A DNA stretch of 64,000 bases from Anaerolineaceae bacterium (GCA_034430215.1 DAOUFE010000013.1:5702-69701); one strand, 5' to 3'; shown: positions 44,555 to 54,448, counted from the stretch's first letter. Notes: generated by a model from the letters alone, not told the origin. Program-made: numbers and translations.

Positions 44555-45985
44555 ATGATTGCATTCTTTACCATGCTCGAAGAGCGGGCAAAACAAACAG
44601 GTTCTCTTTTATGTGTCGGGCTTGATCCTCATCCGGCGGACTTGCCTGCTCAAACAGCCCTGGCAGCGCGCGATTTCTGCCTGCGTCTGATTGAAAAAAC
44701 AGCCGATGTAGCACTGGCGTATAAACCCAATGCAGCATTCTTTGAGATATATGGATCAGAAGGATGGAAAGCGCTTGCAGAAGTGATCGCGGCAGCTCCG
44801 CATGGCACCCCCATGATATTGGATGCAAAACGGGGAGATATATCCTCCACAGCAGATGCATATGCCAAAGCAGCTTTTGAAACGCTCAAAGCACAGTGCA
44901 TTACCTTGAGCCCATACCTGGGGCATGACAGTCTGCAGCCATTCATCAAAGATCCAGAAAAAGGCATTTTCTTGCTCTGTAAAACCTCTAACCCTAGTTC
45001 AGGTGATCTGCAGGATATCACCCTGGCGGGCGAGAATTACCCTCTTACTTTGTATCAAAAAGTAGCTAAACTTGCCGCACAATGGAACACCGCCAACAAT
45101 ATTGGTGTGGTAGCTGGTGCTACCCATCCCAACGCCTTGCGCAAAGTACGCCAGGCAGCTCCAGATTTATGGATCCTGGCGCCTGGCGTAGGTGCACAGG
45201 GTGGTGACCTGCAAGCAGCTTTACAGGCAGGCTTGCGCAGTGATGGATTAGGAATGCTAATTCCGGTTTCACGCGGTGTTGCCTGCGATCCCGATCCACA
45301 TGCCGCTGCGAAGAAGCTGATGGATGAGATCAATAAAGAACGGAAAGTAGTCATCAGCCAGGCTGTTCTGGCTGAAAAAGAGCCTGCTGTTCCACCTGCC
45401 CTGGCAGAAGGGCTGCTGCAGGCAGGCTGCATCCGTTTTGGAAACTTCACCCTGAAATCGGGGTTGCAGTCGCCTATTTACATCGATCTGCGCCAACTGG
45501 TCACGTATCCAAAACTGCTGGCTGAAGTTGCTTCTGCATATATTACTTTACTGAAGGGTTTGAAATATGATCGGTTGGCAGCTCTACCTTACGCTGCTCT
45601 CCCCATCGCCACAGCTATATCCTTGCAAACTGGCGAACCCATGCTTTATCCACGCAAAGAAGTAAAAGACTATGGCACAAAAGCGGAAATCGAGGGAGAA
45701 TATAAAGAAGGCGAGAAAGTAGTAGTGATCGATGATCTGACCACTACGGGTGGCAGCAAATTTGAAGCCATCGAAAAACTGACCGCTGCCGGATTAAAAG
45801 TAGAAGATGTAGTAGTACTGGTTGACCGCCAATCTGGTGCAGCGGAAGCACTGCAGCAGGCAGGGATCAAACTCCATGCTGTGCTGACATTATCCCGCCT
45901 GATCGATTACTGGGAAAAAGCTAACCGTATTCCTGCAGAGCAGATCCAGGCTGTACGCGAATTTCTAAAGGTGCAACCAGGATAA
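44555..45985 (+). CDS. pyrF/pyrE: fused orotidine-5'-phosphate decarboxylase (type 2, N-terminal) / orotate phosphoribosyltransferase (C-terminal)
   Basis: N-terminal half has LCVGLDPH and ILDAKRGDISSTADAY. C-terminal half has IRFGNFTLKSGLQSPIYIDLR and the PRPP motif VVVIDDLTTTGGS. Confidence 0.85.
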   Translation: MIAFFTMLEERAKQTGSLLCVGLDPHPADLPAQTALAARDFCLRLIEKTADVALAYKPNAAFFEIYGSEGWKALAEVIAAAPHGTPMILDAKRGDISSTADAYAKAAFETLKAQCITLSPYLGHDSLQPFIKDPEKGIFLLCKTSNPSSGDLQDITLAGENYPLTLYQKVAKLAAQWNTANNIGVVAGATHPNALRKVRQAAPDLWILAPGVGAQGGDLQAALQAGLRSDGLGMLIPVSRGVACDPDPHAAAKKLMDEINKERKVVISQAVLAEKEPAVPPALAEGLLQAGCIRFGNFTLKSGLQSPIYIDLRQLVTYPKLLAEVASAYITLLKGLKYDRLAALPYAALPIATAISLQTGEPMLYPRKEVKDYGTKAEIEGEYKEGEKVVVIDDLTTTGGSKFEAIEKLTAAGLKVEDVVVLVDRQSGAAEALQQAGIKLHAVLTLSRLIDYWEKANRIPAEQIQAVREFLKVQPG

Positions 45986-46000
45986 AGAAACCAGGTAAAA

Positions 46001-46804
46001 ATGAAAACAACTGCCTACCGTACTGATAATGAAGGATGGATACTTGCTATCACCCTGATCGTTCTGGTGATCGCCGGGATCATTGCAGCAGGTCCAACAC
46101 TATGTATTGCCCCCATCCTGGTATTACTGATGATCGGGCTTGCCTATGCAATGAACCAATCATCCCATCATGATCTGTTACAGCGGGCAAAAAAAGTCTC
46201 TCTGCAAACCAGCCCACAGCTGAACATGCTGGTTCATGAATGTCAGGAACGGCTAGATCCAGGAGAGCTGGATGTATTCGTTGTCCCCAGCCGACAATTG
46301 AATGCATATACCTTTGGGTTTAACCCACCTCGGGCAGTGGTGCTTTACAGCTCATTGCTCGAGGTGATGGATGCTGATGAATTGAAATTTATCATCGGGC
46401 ATGAAATGGGTCATGTGGCATTGGGACATACATGGCTAAACACGTTATTGGGTGGAATGTCGGGTGTGCCGGTAAGTCTGGGTGCTGCCGTGGTACTCAC
46501 CTTTGCTTTTCGCTGGTGGAACCGTGCCTGCGAATACTCAGCTGATCGGGCTGGTTTGCTCGCCTGCGGTGACCCGCGCAAGGCTACCACGGCAATGGTC
46601 AAGCTGGTAGCAAGAGAAGCAGATACACCGGCAGAAGTAGCCATGGTTTTGAAAGCATTGGACAGACAGGATGATGATATTGGAAATGTCCTGGCGGAGT
46701 CTATGGCAACCCATCCGATGCTTATCAAGCGGATCAATGCGGTCAATGCATATGCTCGCAGCGCAGAATACCAGCACATCTTGCAGCAAGTGAGCCGGAA
46801 ATAA
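46001..46804 (+). CDS. M48-family zinc metallopeptidase
   Basis: HEMGHVALGH (HExxH) after two N-terminal TM helices. Length is 267 aa. Confidence 0.8.
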   Translation: MKTTAYRTDNEGWILAITLIVLVIAGIIAAGPTLCIAPILVLLMIGLAYAMNQSSHHDLLQRAKKVSLQTSPQLNMLVHECQERLDPGELDVFVVPSRQLNAYTFGFNPPRAVVLYSSLLEVMDADELKFIIGHEMGHVALGHTWLNTLLGGMSGVPVSLGAAVVLTFAFRWWNRACEYSADRAGLLACGDPRKATTAMVKLVAREADTPAEVAMVLKALDRQDDDIGNVLAESMATHPMLIKRINAVNAYARSAEYQHILQQVSRK

Positions 46805-46963
46805 TAATTTTAAAATATATAGGGTACGTTCTGAAAACTGACTGTACCCAATTTTTCGTCATTGCAAGCCTGTTTTTTGGCGAAGCAAATAAAGAAGGAG
46901 TACTCCTCTCGCCTGTTGTACCCTCACCATTTTGAAAAGCGAAAATTTGGAGAAAATCTGGCT

Positions 46964-47000
46964 CCTTCCCCTAAATCCAGGTTTTGGATTTGGGGGAAGG
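46964..47000. repeat. strong 16-bp hairpin, possible terminator between convergent operons
   Basis: ccttcccctaaatcca / tggatttgggggaagg with one G-U position and a 5-nt loop. There is no clean U-tract on the plus strand and only a U-rich tract on the minus strand. Confidence 0.45.
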
Positions 47001-47071
47001 CTGGGAAGGGGGTCATGAGTTTGTTTATTAATTCCTTGTTTTTTTGGTGATTTTCGTAGGTTTTTTCTTGA

Positions 47072-47797
47072 TTATTCCGTTGCACGTGTCTTTAATAAAT
47101 TAATCAGCACATCCAGAAATGGATTATTCATCGCAGTGGTTCGTGCAGTTGTGGTGGCTGTATCAGTTCCATCCGTCTGAGTGTCAGTACCTGGCATGAT
47201 GCCACCCATTCCCATATCATTGCCACTGGGCATACCCGCACCACCACCCATTCCGCCCGCCATACCACCTGGATCCCCAGCTCCTCTGCCCATATTACCA
47301 CCTGGGACTACCACATCACCACCTGGAAATCCCATATTATTCCCTGGCATTTGATCCATGGAAGCACCTGGAGTACTGCTAATACCTGGCCTAAAACCCA
47401 TAGTTACACCAAGATCACTGGCAATTGTTGTCATATCTTGATCGGAGAGATCCATTGCATTGATCGCCTGTAATTGTGCAGTGGTCAATGTCTCCTGGAT
47501 CTGTTGATAGAGTGCTTCCATTTCTGCATCTGAAATAGTGTCACTGTTGCTGAAGACTTTGACACCTTTCCATAAAGGCAACAGTTCCTTTGCCTGTTCA
47601 GCAGTTACAGCATTATCAGTACCTTCGAGTTTCAAAATGCCGATCGCCAGTTTAGTTTCTAGCGTCATGGTTGACGCATCTATCGTACCAGAAGTCTGGG
47701 CAATTACCTTGTTACCTAAAAAAGTAATATAGACAAATACACCAGCAGCAACCACAATCACAGCCGCAATAACCATCCAGATATATTTCTTTTTCAT
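47072..47797 (-). CDS. membrane-anchored protein with Gly/Met-rich low-complexity C-terminal region
   Basis: N-terminal TM helix, a helical domain, then PGNNMGFPGG ... GGMAGGMGGGAGMPSGNDMGMGGIMPG. It is the last gene of the exporter operon. Confidence 0.6.
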   Translation of the reverse strand: MKKKYIWMVIAAVIVVAAGVFVYITFLGNKVIAQTSGTIDASTMTLETKLAIGILKLEGTDNAVTAEQAKELLPLWKGVKVFSNSDTISDAEMEALYQQIQETLTTAQLQAINAMDLSDQDMTTIASDLGVTMGFRPGISSTPGASMDQMPGNNMGFPGGDVVVPGGNMGRGAGDPGGMAGGMGGGAGMPSGNDMGMGGIMPGTDTQTDGTDTATTTARTTAMNNPFLDVLINLLKTRATE

Positions 47798-47828
47798 CTT
47801 CTACTTTCCTTTTCTTATTTCCTTTTGC

Positions 47829-49070
47829 TTATTCATGTCTGAGTGCGACAATAGGATCCAACTGTGCAGCTTTGTGAGCCGGCAGGTATCCAAAGAAAAT
47901 GCCAATGAGCGCAGCCGAGCAGAATGACAAAATAATGGAGAAACTGGAAATTACTGTACGCATTCCGCTCAATGATCCAAACAACCAGGAGCCAACCACC
48001 CCTGCAATTACACCAATTACTCCTCCGAGTAAACTTAACATCAGAGCTTCGAGCAAGAACTGGGTTTGAATATCACCTGGAGTAGCGCCTACTGCCTGCC
48101 GTAATCCAATTTCACGCGTGCGCTCAGTGACACTTACCAGCATGATATTCATGATCCCAATGCCACCCACAATCAGGGAAACACCAGCCACCCATCCCAA
48201 CAAAGTGCGGAAAGATGAAGTGGTGGATTCCTGGGTCTCGATAATGTCATCCTGTGTGGTGATATTGAAATCCGCTGTATCCACTGTTACCTCGTGCCTG
48301 TTAACCAGCAGCAAGGTGATCTGTTGGACCACTGCTTCCATCTGGTCTTTATCTTTTACGGAGACAATGATCATCCGTACATCGTCACCCATGATACGGG
48401 CGAATTGAGATGGTGTGAATTTCTTAAACACGACTGAAATGGGGGTGTAGATCTGTTCATCGTAATCTGTACCTGAAGATAATCCTTTGGGGGCAAGAAC
48501 CCCAATCACGGTCAGTTTAGTATTGCCAACTGTAATATATTGACCAATTGGATCGGTACCCGAATCGCCAAATAATTCATCTGAAATAGATGAACCCAAC
48601 ACCACTACTTTACGGGTGTTGTCCATCTCCTCCTGGGTGAAGTATCGTCCGGTGGCAACCTCTACTTCACGCACGGTAGGGTAATCAATCGTAGTACCAA
48701 CTACAGTGACATCAGAAAGTGTTATTCCATCAAATTTGATAGTTTCACTGGCTGATTGTTCCACTGAAACTCCCGCAATACCATTGATTTTTTCACTAAT
48801 GGCGGTTGCATCATCAAATTTCAATCCACCCGAAGAACTGTTGGGTCCCATGGAAGGACCTCCCCGGGTGAAAGCCGTCGAAATGAATATCAGGTTGGAG
48901 CCCAGCCCATTGATGGCTTCAGAAATAGTAGCCTCAGTACCTGCGCTGACCGCAATCATAATGATGACCGCGGCAACACCAATGATGACACCCAGCATGG
49001 TCAATAGAGAACGTAATTTGTTGGAAAGCAGACTTTTCCAGGCTACTTTCAAAACTTCACGGTAGTTCAT
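47829..49070 (-). CDS. MacB/FtsX-type ABC transporter permease
   Basis: 413 aa with TM1, a large extracytoplasmic domain, then 3 TM helices (FtsX/MacB architecture). ATGA overlap with the ATPase gene. Confidence 0.85.
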   Translation of the reverse strand: MNYREVLKVAWKSLLSNKLRSLLTMLGVIIGVAAVIIMIAVSAGTEATISEAINGLGSNLIFISTAFTRGGPSMGPNSSSGGLKFDDATAISEKINGIAGVSVEQSASETIKFDGITLSDVTVVGTTIDYPTVREVEVATGRYFTQEEMDNTRKVVVLGSSISDELFGDSGTDPIGQYITVGNTKLTVIGVLAPKGLSSGTDYDEQIYTPISVVFKKFTPSQFARIMGDDVRMIIVSVKDKDQMEAVVQQITLLLVNRHEVTVDTADFNITTQDDIIETQESTTSSFRTLLGWVAGVSLIVGGIGIMNIMLVSVTERTREIGLRQAVGATPGDIQTQFLLEALMLSLLGGVIGVIAGVVGSWLFGSLSGMRTVISSFSIILSFCSAALIGIFFGYLPAHKAAQLDPIVALRHE

Positions 49071-49834
49071 TCTGATGCTCCTTCCGATGCCACTTTTTGA
49101 GTTTCACCATGCACAGATTTCAAAATAGGATTTCGGTTTGTTCTTTCCATAGCCAATTTACCATCACGGATAAGGATGATCCTTCCTGCGTGTTGTGCAA
49201 TATCAGGTTCGTGGGTAACCATCACAATGGTACGTCCTCGATCATTAAGTTCATGCAAGATATCCATGATCTCAATACTGGAACGTGTATCCAGGTTGCC
49301 GGTAGGCTCATCCGCCAGGATCAAAACCGGGTCATTTATAAGAGCCCTGGCAATGGCAACACGCTGTTGCTGCCCGCCTGACATCTGGTTGGGAAGGTGA
49401 TCCGCCCGCTCTTTCAGACCCACGCTTTCCAGTGCAGCCAGCACCTTTTGCTTTCGTTCTTCCATAGGAATATTACCCTCCCTCTGATACATCATCGGAA
49501 GCATGACATTTTCCAATGCGGTTTGACGAGGAAGAAGGTTATACGATTGAAAGACAAATCCCAACTGGCGGCTTCGAATGAACGCCAGTTCTTTCCGGCT
49601 ATACTCACTCACATCTTCCCCTGCAAGGATATAGTGACCACCTGAAGGTCTATCCAGGCAAGCCAGAATATTGAGGAGAGTGCTTTTTCCTGAACCGCTG
49701 GGACCCATAATGGCAACAAATTCACCTTCATGGATCTGGATGTTAAGGTCATCCAGTGCAGTCACTCTGTACTCGCCCTCGCCATAAATTTTCGTTAATC
49801 CAATCGTCTCGATGATCGTATGATTCTCGCTCAT
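49067..49834 (-). CDS. MacB/LolD-type ABC transporter ATP-binding protein
   Basis: Walker [10 protein letters not shown], signature [15 protein letters not shown] and Walker [12 protein letters not shown]. Confidence 0.9.
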   Translation of the reverse strand: MSENHTIIETIGLTKIYGEGEYRVTALDDLNIQIHEGEFVAIMGPSGSGKSTLLNILACLDRPSGGHYILAGEDVSEYSRKELAFIRSRQLGFVFQSYNLLPRQTALENVMLPMMYQREGNIPMEERKQKVLAALESVGLKERADHLPNQMSGGQQQRVAIARALINDPVLILADEPTGNLDTRSSIEIMDILHELNDRGRTIVMVTHEPDIAQHAGRIILIRDGKLAMERTNRNPILKSVHGETQKVASEGASE

Positions 49835-51276
49835 GATTGCGTCTCCAAAATACCTGTCGTAACCACATCACCCTCTTTCAGCCCAGATGTGACAACGGTA
49901 TAAGTCGAATCGGATAGGCCAATTTCGACAACAGTCAGAGTAAGTTTGCCATTGGCACCCACTACAAATACACCATATTGATCATCCCCCAGGTCATGCA
50001 CCGCTTCCACAGGCACCAGGAGCGCATTTTCTGCCTCACCACCAATAACTTCAACGGAGGCATTCAATCCTTCGATCACAACCACAGAATCATTTTCATT
50101 GGATAGGTCAAGCTGGATGACCCCCTGTACTACCTGATAACCATTCATTGTCTGCAGGGTTGGATTGATCTCTGTTACTGTTCCTTCAAACACCTTATTG
50201 GGAATGGCATCAAAAGTGACTTTAGCAGAAGCACCTTCAGAAACTTTATCCAGATCGGTTTCATCCACCCAGAACTCTACTTCAGGGTGTACCAGGTCAG
50301 CGATCGTGATGAAAGAGCCTGTTCCGACCTCGTCACCTACTTCGCCCTCGATGGAAAGGATTGTGCCATCGAATGGGGCGTAGATGGTAGTGCCTTTCAA
50401 GGTGGCAAATGCCTTGTCATAGGCAATCTGTGCTGCGGCTACACTTGTCTCAGCAATTGCCAGGTCAGAAGGATCAATCCCATTATTTGCTTGTAGTTCA
50501 GCTAATTTATCTTCTGCTTCTTTGACTGCTGCTTCTGCCAGAGTTAAGGTGGCCTGCGATGAATCGATCTCATATTGGGTATATCCAGCGCAATATTGAT
50601 AGGTGGCATATGCCTGTTCGACTTTCGTTTTTGCCGGGAGAATAACTTTTAAGTAATAATCCTGATTGGTGTTGCTTTGATCCAGAGCGTTCAGGGCTTC
50701 TTGAGCTTTCATATATGCCGCGTAATAAACATCTGTGGTGTCCTGGTCACAGCGTGCCATCCCTGCTGTCAATACGTTAGATTGAGCTTCCTCGAGTTCC
50801 TTTTGCGCATTTGCCAAAGTAAGGGCTGCATTTGCCAGGTTGGTCTCTGCACTATTTTTTACTTCTTCCAGATTTTGATTGGCAGCTTTAAGATCCAATT
50901 CAGCCGTAGTCAGGGCAGATTGCAGGGTACTGATGTCAGCAATTCTTGCCAATTCCTGTCCTTCGGTCACTTTGTCGCCCACAGCTACAGAGATGGAAGC
51001 CACAGTTCCTGATGCAGTAAAGCTTAAGTTTGTTTTTTGACCGCCTACCAGTGAACCGGTGCCGCTTGCGGAGAGTGTCAATGTGCCACGTCGAACCTGA
51101 GCAGTCTGGTAACCAGTTTGTTCAGTGGTATTAGCAATAGATGATCTTTTCAAAAGGATATAGCCTAACCCTGTGGATGCCAGAACTGCAACCATAATAA
51201 CTGGGATGAGTATCCTCTTATTAACCTTTCTTAATTTCATACGCTCTTTCATAGGTCTTGAAACTCCTTTATCCAA
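49831..51276 (-). CDS. HlyD/MFP-type periplasmic adaptor, paralog 3
   Basis: N-terminal TM anchor, biotinyl-lipoyl-like segments flanking a long coiled coil, and a C-terminal beta-barrel. Paralogous to the two upstream genes. Confidence 0.8.
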   Translation of the reverse strand: MDKGVSRPMKERMKLRKVNKRILIPVIMVAVLASTGLGYILLKRSSIANTTEQTGYQTAQVRRGTLTLSASGTGSLVGGQKTNLSFTASGTVASISVAVGDKVTEGQELARIADISTLQSALTTAELDLKAANQNLEEVKNSAETNLANAALTLANAQKELEEAQSNVLTAGMARCDQDTTDVYYAAYMKAQEALNALDQSNTNQDYYLKVILPAKTKVEQAYATYQYCAGYTQYEIDSSQATLTLAEAAVKEAEDKLAELQANNGIDPSDLAIAETSVAAAQIAYDKAFATLKGTTIYAPFDGTILSIEGEVGDEVGTGSFITIADLVHPEVEFWVDETDLDKVSEGASAKVTFDAIPNKVFEGTVTEINPTLQTMNGYQVVQGVIQLDLSNENDSVVVIEGLNASVEVIGGEAENALLVPVEAVHDLGDDQYGVFVVGANGKLTLTVVEIGLSDSTYTVVTSGLKEGDVVTTGILETQS

Positions 51277-51297
51277 ATGGGTAACAAAAAAGTGCCT

Positions 51298-52752
51298 CTA
51301 TTCAGAAACCTTGCTGGTGATGATGAGCTCTCCATCGCGTAATCCATCAATAATTTCTATATAACTGGCATTCTGAAATCCAACTTCTACAAAACGTTTT
51401 TCGGGCGTTCCGTCTGAATTCAATACATAGACAAATGATTTACCTTCATCGTTCTGATAAACTGCAGTTACAGGCGCAAGCAGCACCCTGCTCGCCTCTC
51501 CACAGGTAAGGTATACGGTTCCGTTCATGCCCAGCGATAAATATTTTCCAGGCATCAGCATAGGATCCTGCAAGGTAACCACCCCTGTTGCCACAGAGGT
51601 ATTGAACCCTGACATCAATTCAGGTGAAACCTGAGTGACTGTTCCCGTGTACACCCGGTCAGATACTGCAGATAGAACCACCTGGGCGCTGCACCCTTCC
51701 TGTAATGCTTGATAATCTGATTCATCAACTGAAACATTCATTACCAGTTGCGATAGGTCTGCCATTCTTATGAGCGTAGAAGTATCTACACTGTCACCAA
51801 CCGCTGCATTAATTGCCAGAATAACTCCGTCGGTTGGTGCAACCAACGTTGCATCTGCCAGATCGTTCTGTGCTTTGGTAAGCTGTAATTGCGCGTTTTC
51901 AAGTTTAGCCTGGGCAATTTCGACCGCAATGGGATCTACTCCATTGTGTTCAAGCAAATATTGATAATCTTTTTCTGCCAGTTCCATCTTGGCTTTTGCA
52001 AGCATCCATTTTGCTTCAGACTCATCAGTTTCTGTTTCTGTATACCCTGAGCAATATTGCCAGTTGAGGTACGCTGCATCACGGGCATTCTGCAGGGGAG
52101 TCAAATTTGTGAGAATATAGTCTTTTCCGTATCCGGTTTTCGGGTTTTCCAGTTCATCCTCCCAAACCTGGGCTTTTCGACGATAATCCCAGTATTCTGC
52201 AAGGAATTTGTCAGAGATCTCACTGCTGCAACGAACTGTTCCACTGGTCACATGGTCTTTATCCGCTTCTTCAAAAGCTTCCTGTGCTTCCGCTTGATCG
52301 AGAAGAGCCTGCGCCAGAGTGGTTTCGCCACTGCTGAGTAATGTAGTCAGTTCATTCTGTGCATCAAGAACTGCCTTCTCTTGCTGCTCAAGTTTCACCT
52401 GCAAAGAATTCAATTCGCTGGAAATTGCCAGAACATCCCCTGCTTTCACCTCATCGCCAATTTTGACATTCAGGGTCGCCAGCGTACCAGGGGTGGTAAA
52501 AGCAAGATCAATGGTTTTTGCAGCACTTAAGGAGCCTGAACCGGTAGCCGTTACCGTGATATCACCGCGTAAAGCAGGGGTTGTTTGATAGGCAGTCTGG
52601 GTAACTACATTTGTCGTTTGGTTCCCAACGGGAAAGATACAAAGCACAATAACAATGACCAGTATTCCTCCTGAAGAGATCAATGCGGGGATGCGGTATT
52701 TTTTCACAAAGGTTTTAACTGCCTGGAAAAAAGTTTTCATGGGTTCATCCAT
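51298..52752 (-). CDS. HlyD/MFP-type periplasmic adaptor, paralog 2
   Basis: Same architecture as paralog 3. It starts 2 nt after the stop of paralog 1. Confidence 0.8.
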   Translation of the reverse strand: MDEPMKTFFQAVKTFVKKYRIPALISSGGILVIVIVLCIFPVGNQTTNVVTQTAYQTTPALRGDITVTATGSGSLSAAKTIDLAFTTPGTLATLNVKIGDEVKAGDVLAISSELNSLQVKLEQQEKAVLDAQNELTTLLSSGETTLAQALLDQAEAQEAFEEADKDHVTSGTVRCSSEISDKFLAEYWDYRRKAQVWEDELENPKTGYGKDYILTNLTPLQNARDAAYLNWQYCSGYTETETDESEAKWMLAKAKMELAEKDYQYLLEHNGVDPIAVEIAQAKLENAQLQLTKAQNDLADATLVAPTDGVILAINAAVGDSVDTSTLIRMADLSQLVMNVSVDESDYQALQEGCSAQVVLSAVSDRVYTGTVTQVSPELMSGFNTSVATGVVTLQDPMLMPGKYLSLGMNGTVYLTCGEASRVLLAPVTAVYQNDEGKSFVYVLNSDGTPEKRFVEVGFQNASYIEIIDGLRDGELIITSKVSE

Positions 52753-52754
52753 TT

Positions 52755-54182
52755 TTATTGGCTCATTGTGGGTACCATTCCTGTAGAGACAATATCACCC
52801 ACATTCAAACCACTCGTTATTTGTATGTACGTCGAATCGGATAAGCCCACTTCCACCGTATGTAATCGAAGTGTTCCATCGTCATCGATCACAAAAACGG
52901 CATATTCTCCATCACCCAGGTCGTGTACAGCTTCAACAGGGGCTACAACAGCATCTTTTACTTCTGAAGAAATAATCTCAACCCCGGCATTCAATCCAAG
53001 GGGAATAGTCTGAAAATCTACCGTAGTGGATGGCTCCAATTCAATCAAACCCTGAGCGGTTTGAACCATGTTGATATTTACCAACTGAGGTTCGATCTGA
53101 ATCAGTGTGCCGGTGAATATATAATCTGGCAAGGCATCGAAAATCACTTCTACGCTGCTGCCTGTAGTAAATAATGGCAAATCTGATTCATCTACATTCA
53201 CCCGGACAAACGGATTGCTTAAATCTGATATGGTGATGAACAGCGATGTGTCCACCAACGCCCCTTCTTCTGCAGCCAGGTAGGTAACCACACCATCCAT
53301 CGGGGCTGTAAGGGTGATCCCATCCAGTATCGCTTGTGCTTCTGTCAATTTATCTTGTGCTTCGGTGACTTTTGCTTCAGCTAATTGCAGTTCGAGCGGG
53401 TCAATTCCAGAGCCGTCTTTAAGCGTGTTGTACCTGAGTTCTGCAGATTTTTGAGCTGCGTCAGCCAGTTCAAGGTTGGCTTGCGCTTCTTCTTTTTCAC
53501 CACTGGTATAAGAAATGCAATAATTGTAGTTTGCCACGGCGGTGTCATACCGGCTCTTTGTTTCGATATACTGGGCGCTGCCTTCGGTCAATTCTTTCAG
53601 TTTATTGAATAAGTTTTCTACTGAAGCTGCATACCCTCTGGTAACCGTGTCACTGCAGCGTGAATATGAAGTATGTTGTGCCTCAGTCAAAGCTATCTGA
53701 TAATCTTCCTTAGCAGTCACCCAATCCTGGTATGCCTGTGCCAGAGTAACATCGGCATTCTTTTGCAGGTCATCCAATTCCTTTTGAGCTTCCAATAATG
53801 CCAGCTTTGCACTGGAGACATTCACTTTGAGTGTTTCTGACCCTTCGATTCTGGCTAAAACTTCACCAGCTTTCACCTTGTCCCCAAGCTTTACGTCCAG
53901 CTCAGTTAAGATACCTTGCGTAGGAAAATTCAAATCTACTGAATTACGGGTGATAAGAGTCCCAGAGCCATTGATTGAAACACGGACATCGCGCTGCAGA
54001 ACTTTCGCAGTTTGATAGGTGGTACCCGCTTTATTTCCAGAATTCGCAAGAGAACTAGAAGAACCCTTAAGAAAATAAAACGCTGTTCCCGCGCCAACCA
54101 ACAGTGCTCCACTGATGAGAATGATCCAGAAACGCTTGCTTTTAGGTTTTTTAATTTTTTCCAGTACTCCAGAAAACTTCAT
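52755..54182 (-). CDS. HlyD/MFP-type periplasmic adaptor, paralog 1
   Basis: Same architecture. It is the first gene of the six-gene operon. Confidence 0.8.
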   Translation of the reverse strand: MKFSGVLEKIKKPKSKRFWIILISGALLVGAGTAFYFLKGSSSSLANSGNKAGTTYQTAKVLQRDVRVSINGSGTLITRNSVDLNFPTQGILTELDVKLGDKVKAGEVLARIEGSETLKVNVSSAKLALLEAQKELDDLQKNADVTLAQAYQDWVTAKEDYQIALTEAQHTSYSRCSDTVTRGYAASVENLFNKLKELTEGSAQYIETKSRYDTAVANYNYCISYTSGEKEEAQANLELADAAQKSAELRYNTLKDGSGIDPLELQLAEAKVTEAQDKLTEAQAILDGITLTAPMDGVVTYLAAEEGALVDTSLFITISDLSNPFVRVNVDESDLPLFTTGSSVEVIFDALPDYIFTGTLIQIEPQLVNINMVQTAQGLIELEPSTTVDFQTIPLGLNAGVEIISSEVKDAVVAPVEAVHDLGDGEYAVFVIDDDGTLRLHTVEVGLSDSTYIQITSGLNVGDIVSTGMVPTMSQ

Positions 54183-54448
54183 GCGTCCCTCCGGAACATA
54201 TTTCCTTTGGAAAAGAGCATATTGCGCTCTCTTCTGTGAATTTAAGAGCTTTAAAACCTATATGATATTAATCAATGGTTATTCAGTTTTTCTTTAGATG
54301 GAATGAATTATTTAAGTAATATCATTTCAGCCCGCAAAGGTAATCTATCTCACCTCTAAATCAAATCTTAATAAATTTGTGATACCCTGTAGTCCAGATG
54401 TATTCTAAAGATACGGTCTGTAATAGAATAAATAAAAGCAGGTAAACC

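Noticed and set aside
54183-54448. Possible response-regulator binding repeats in the divergent promoter region (atgatatta / taatatcat, about 50 nt apart).
   Set aside because: The matches are short and AT-rich in an AT-rich spacer. I cannot distinguish them from chance by eye.
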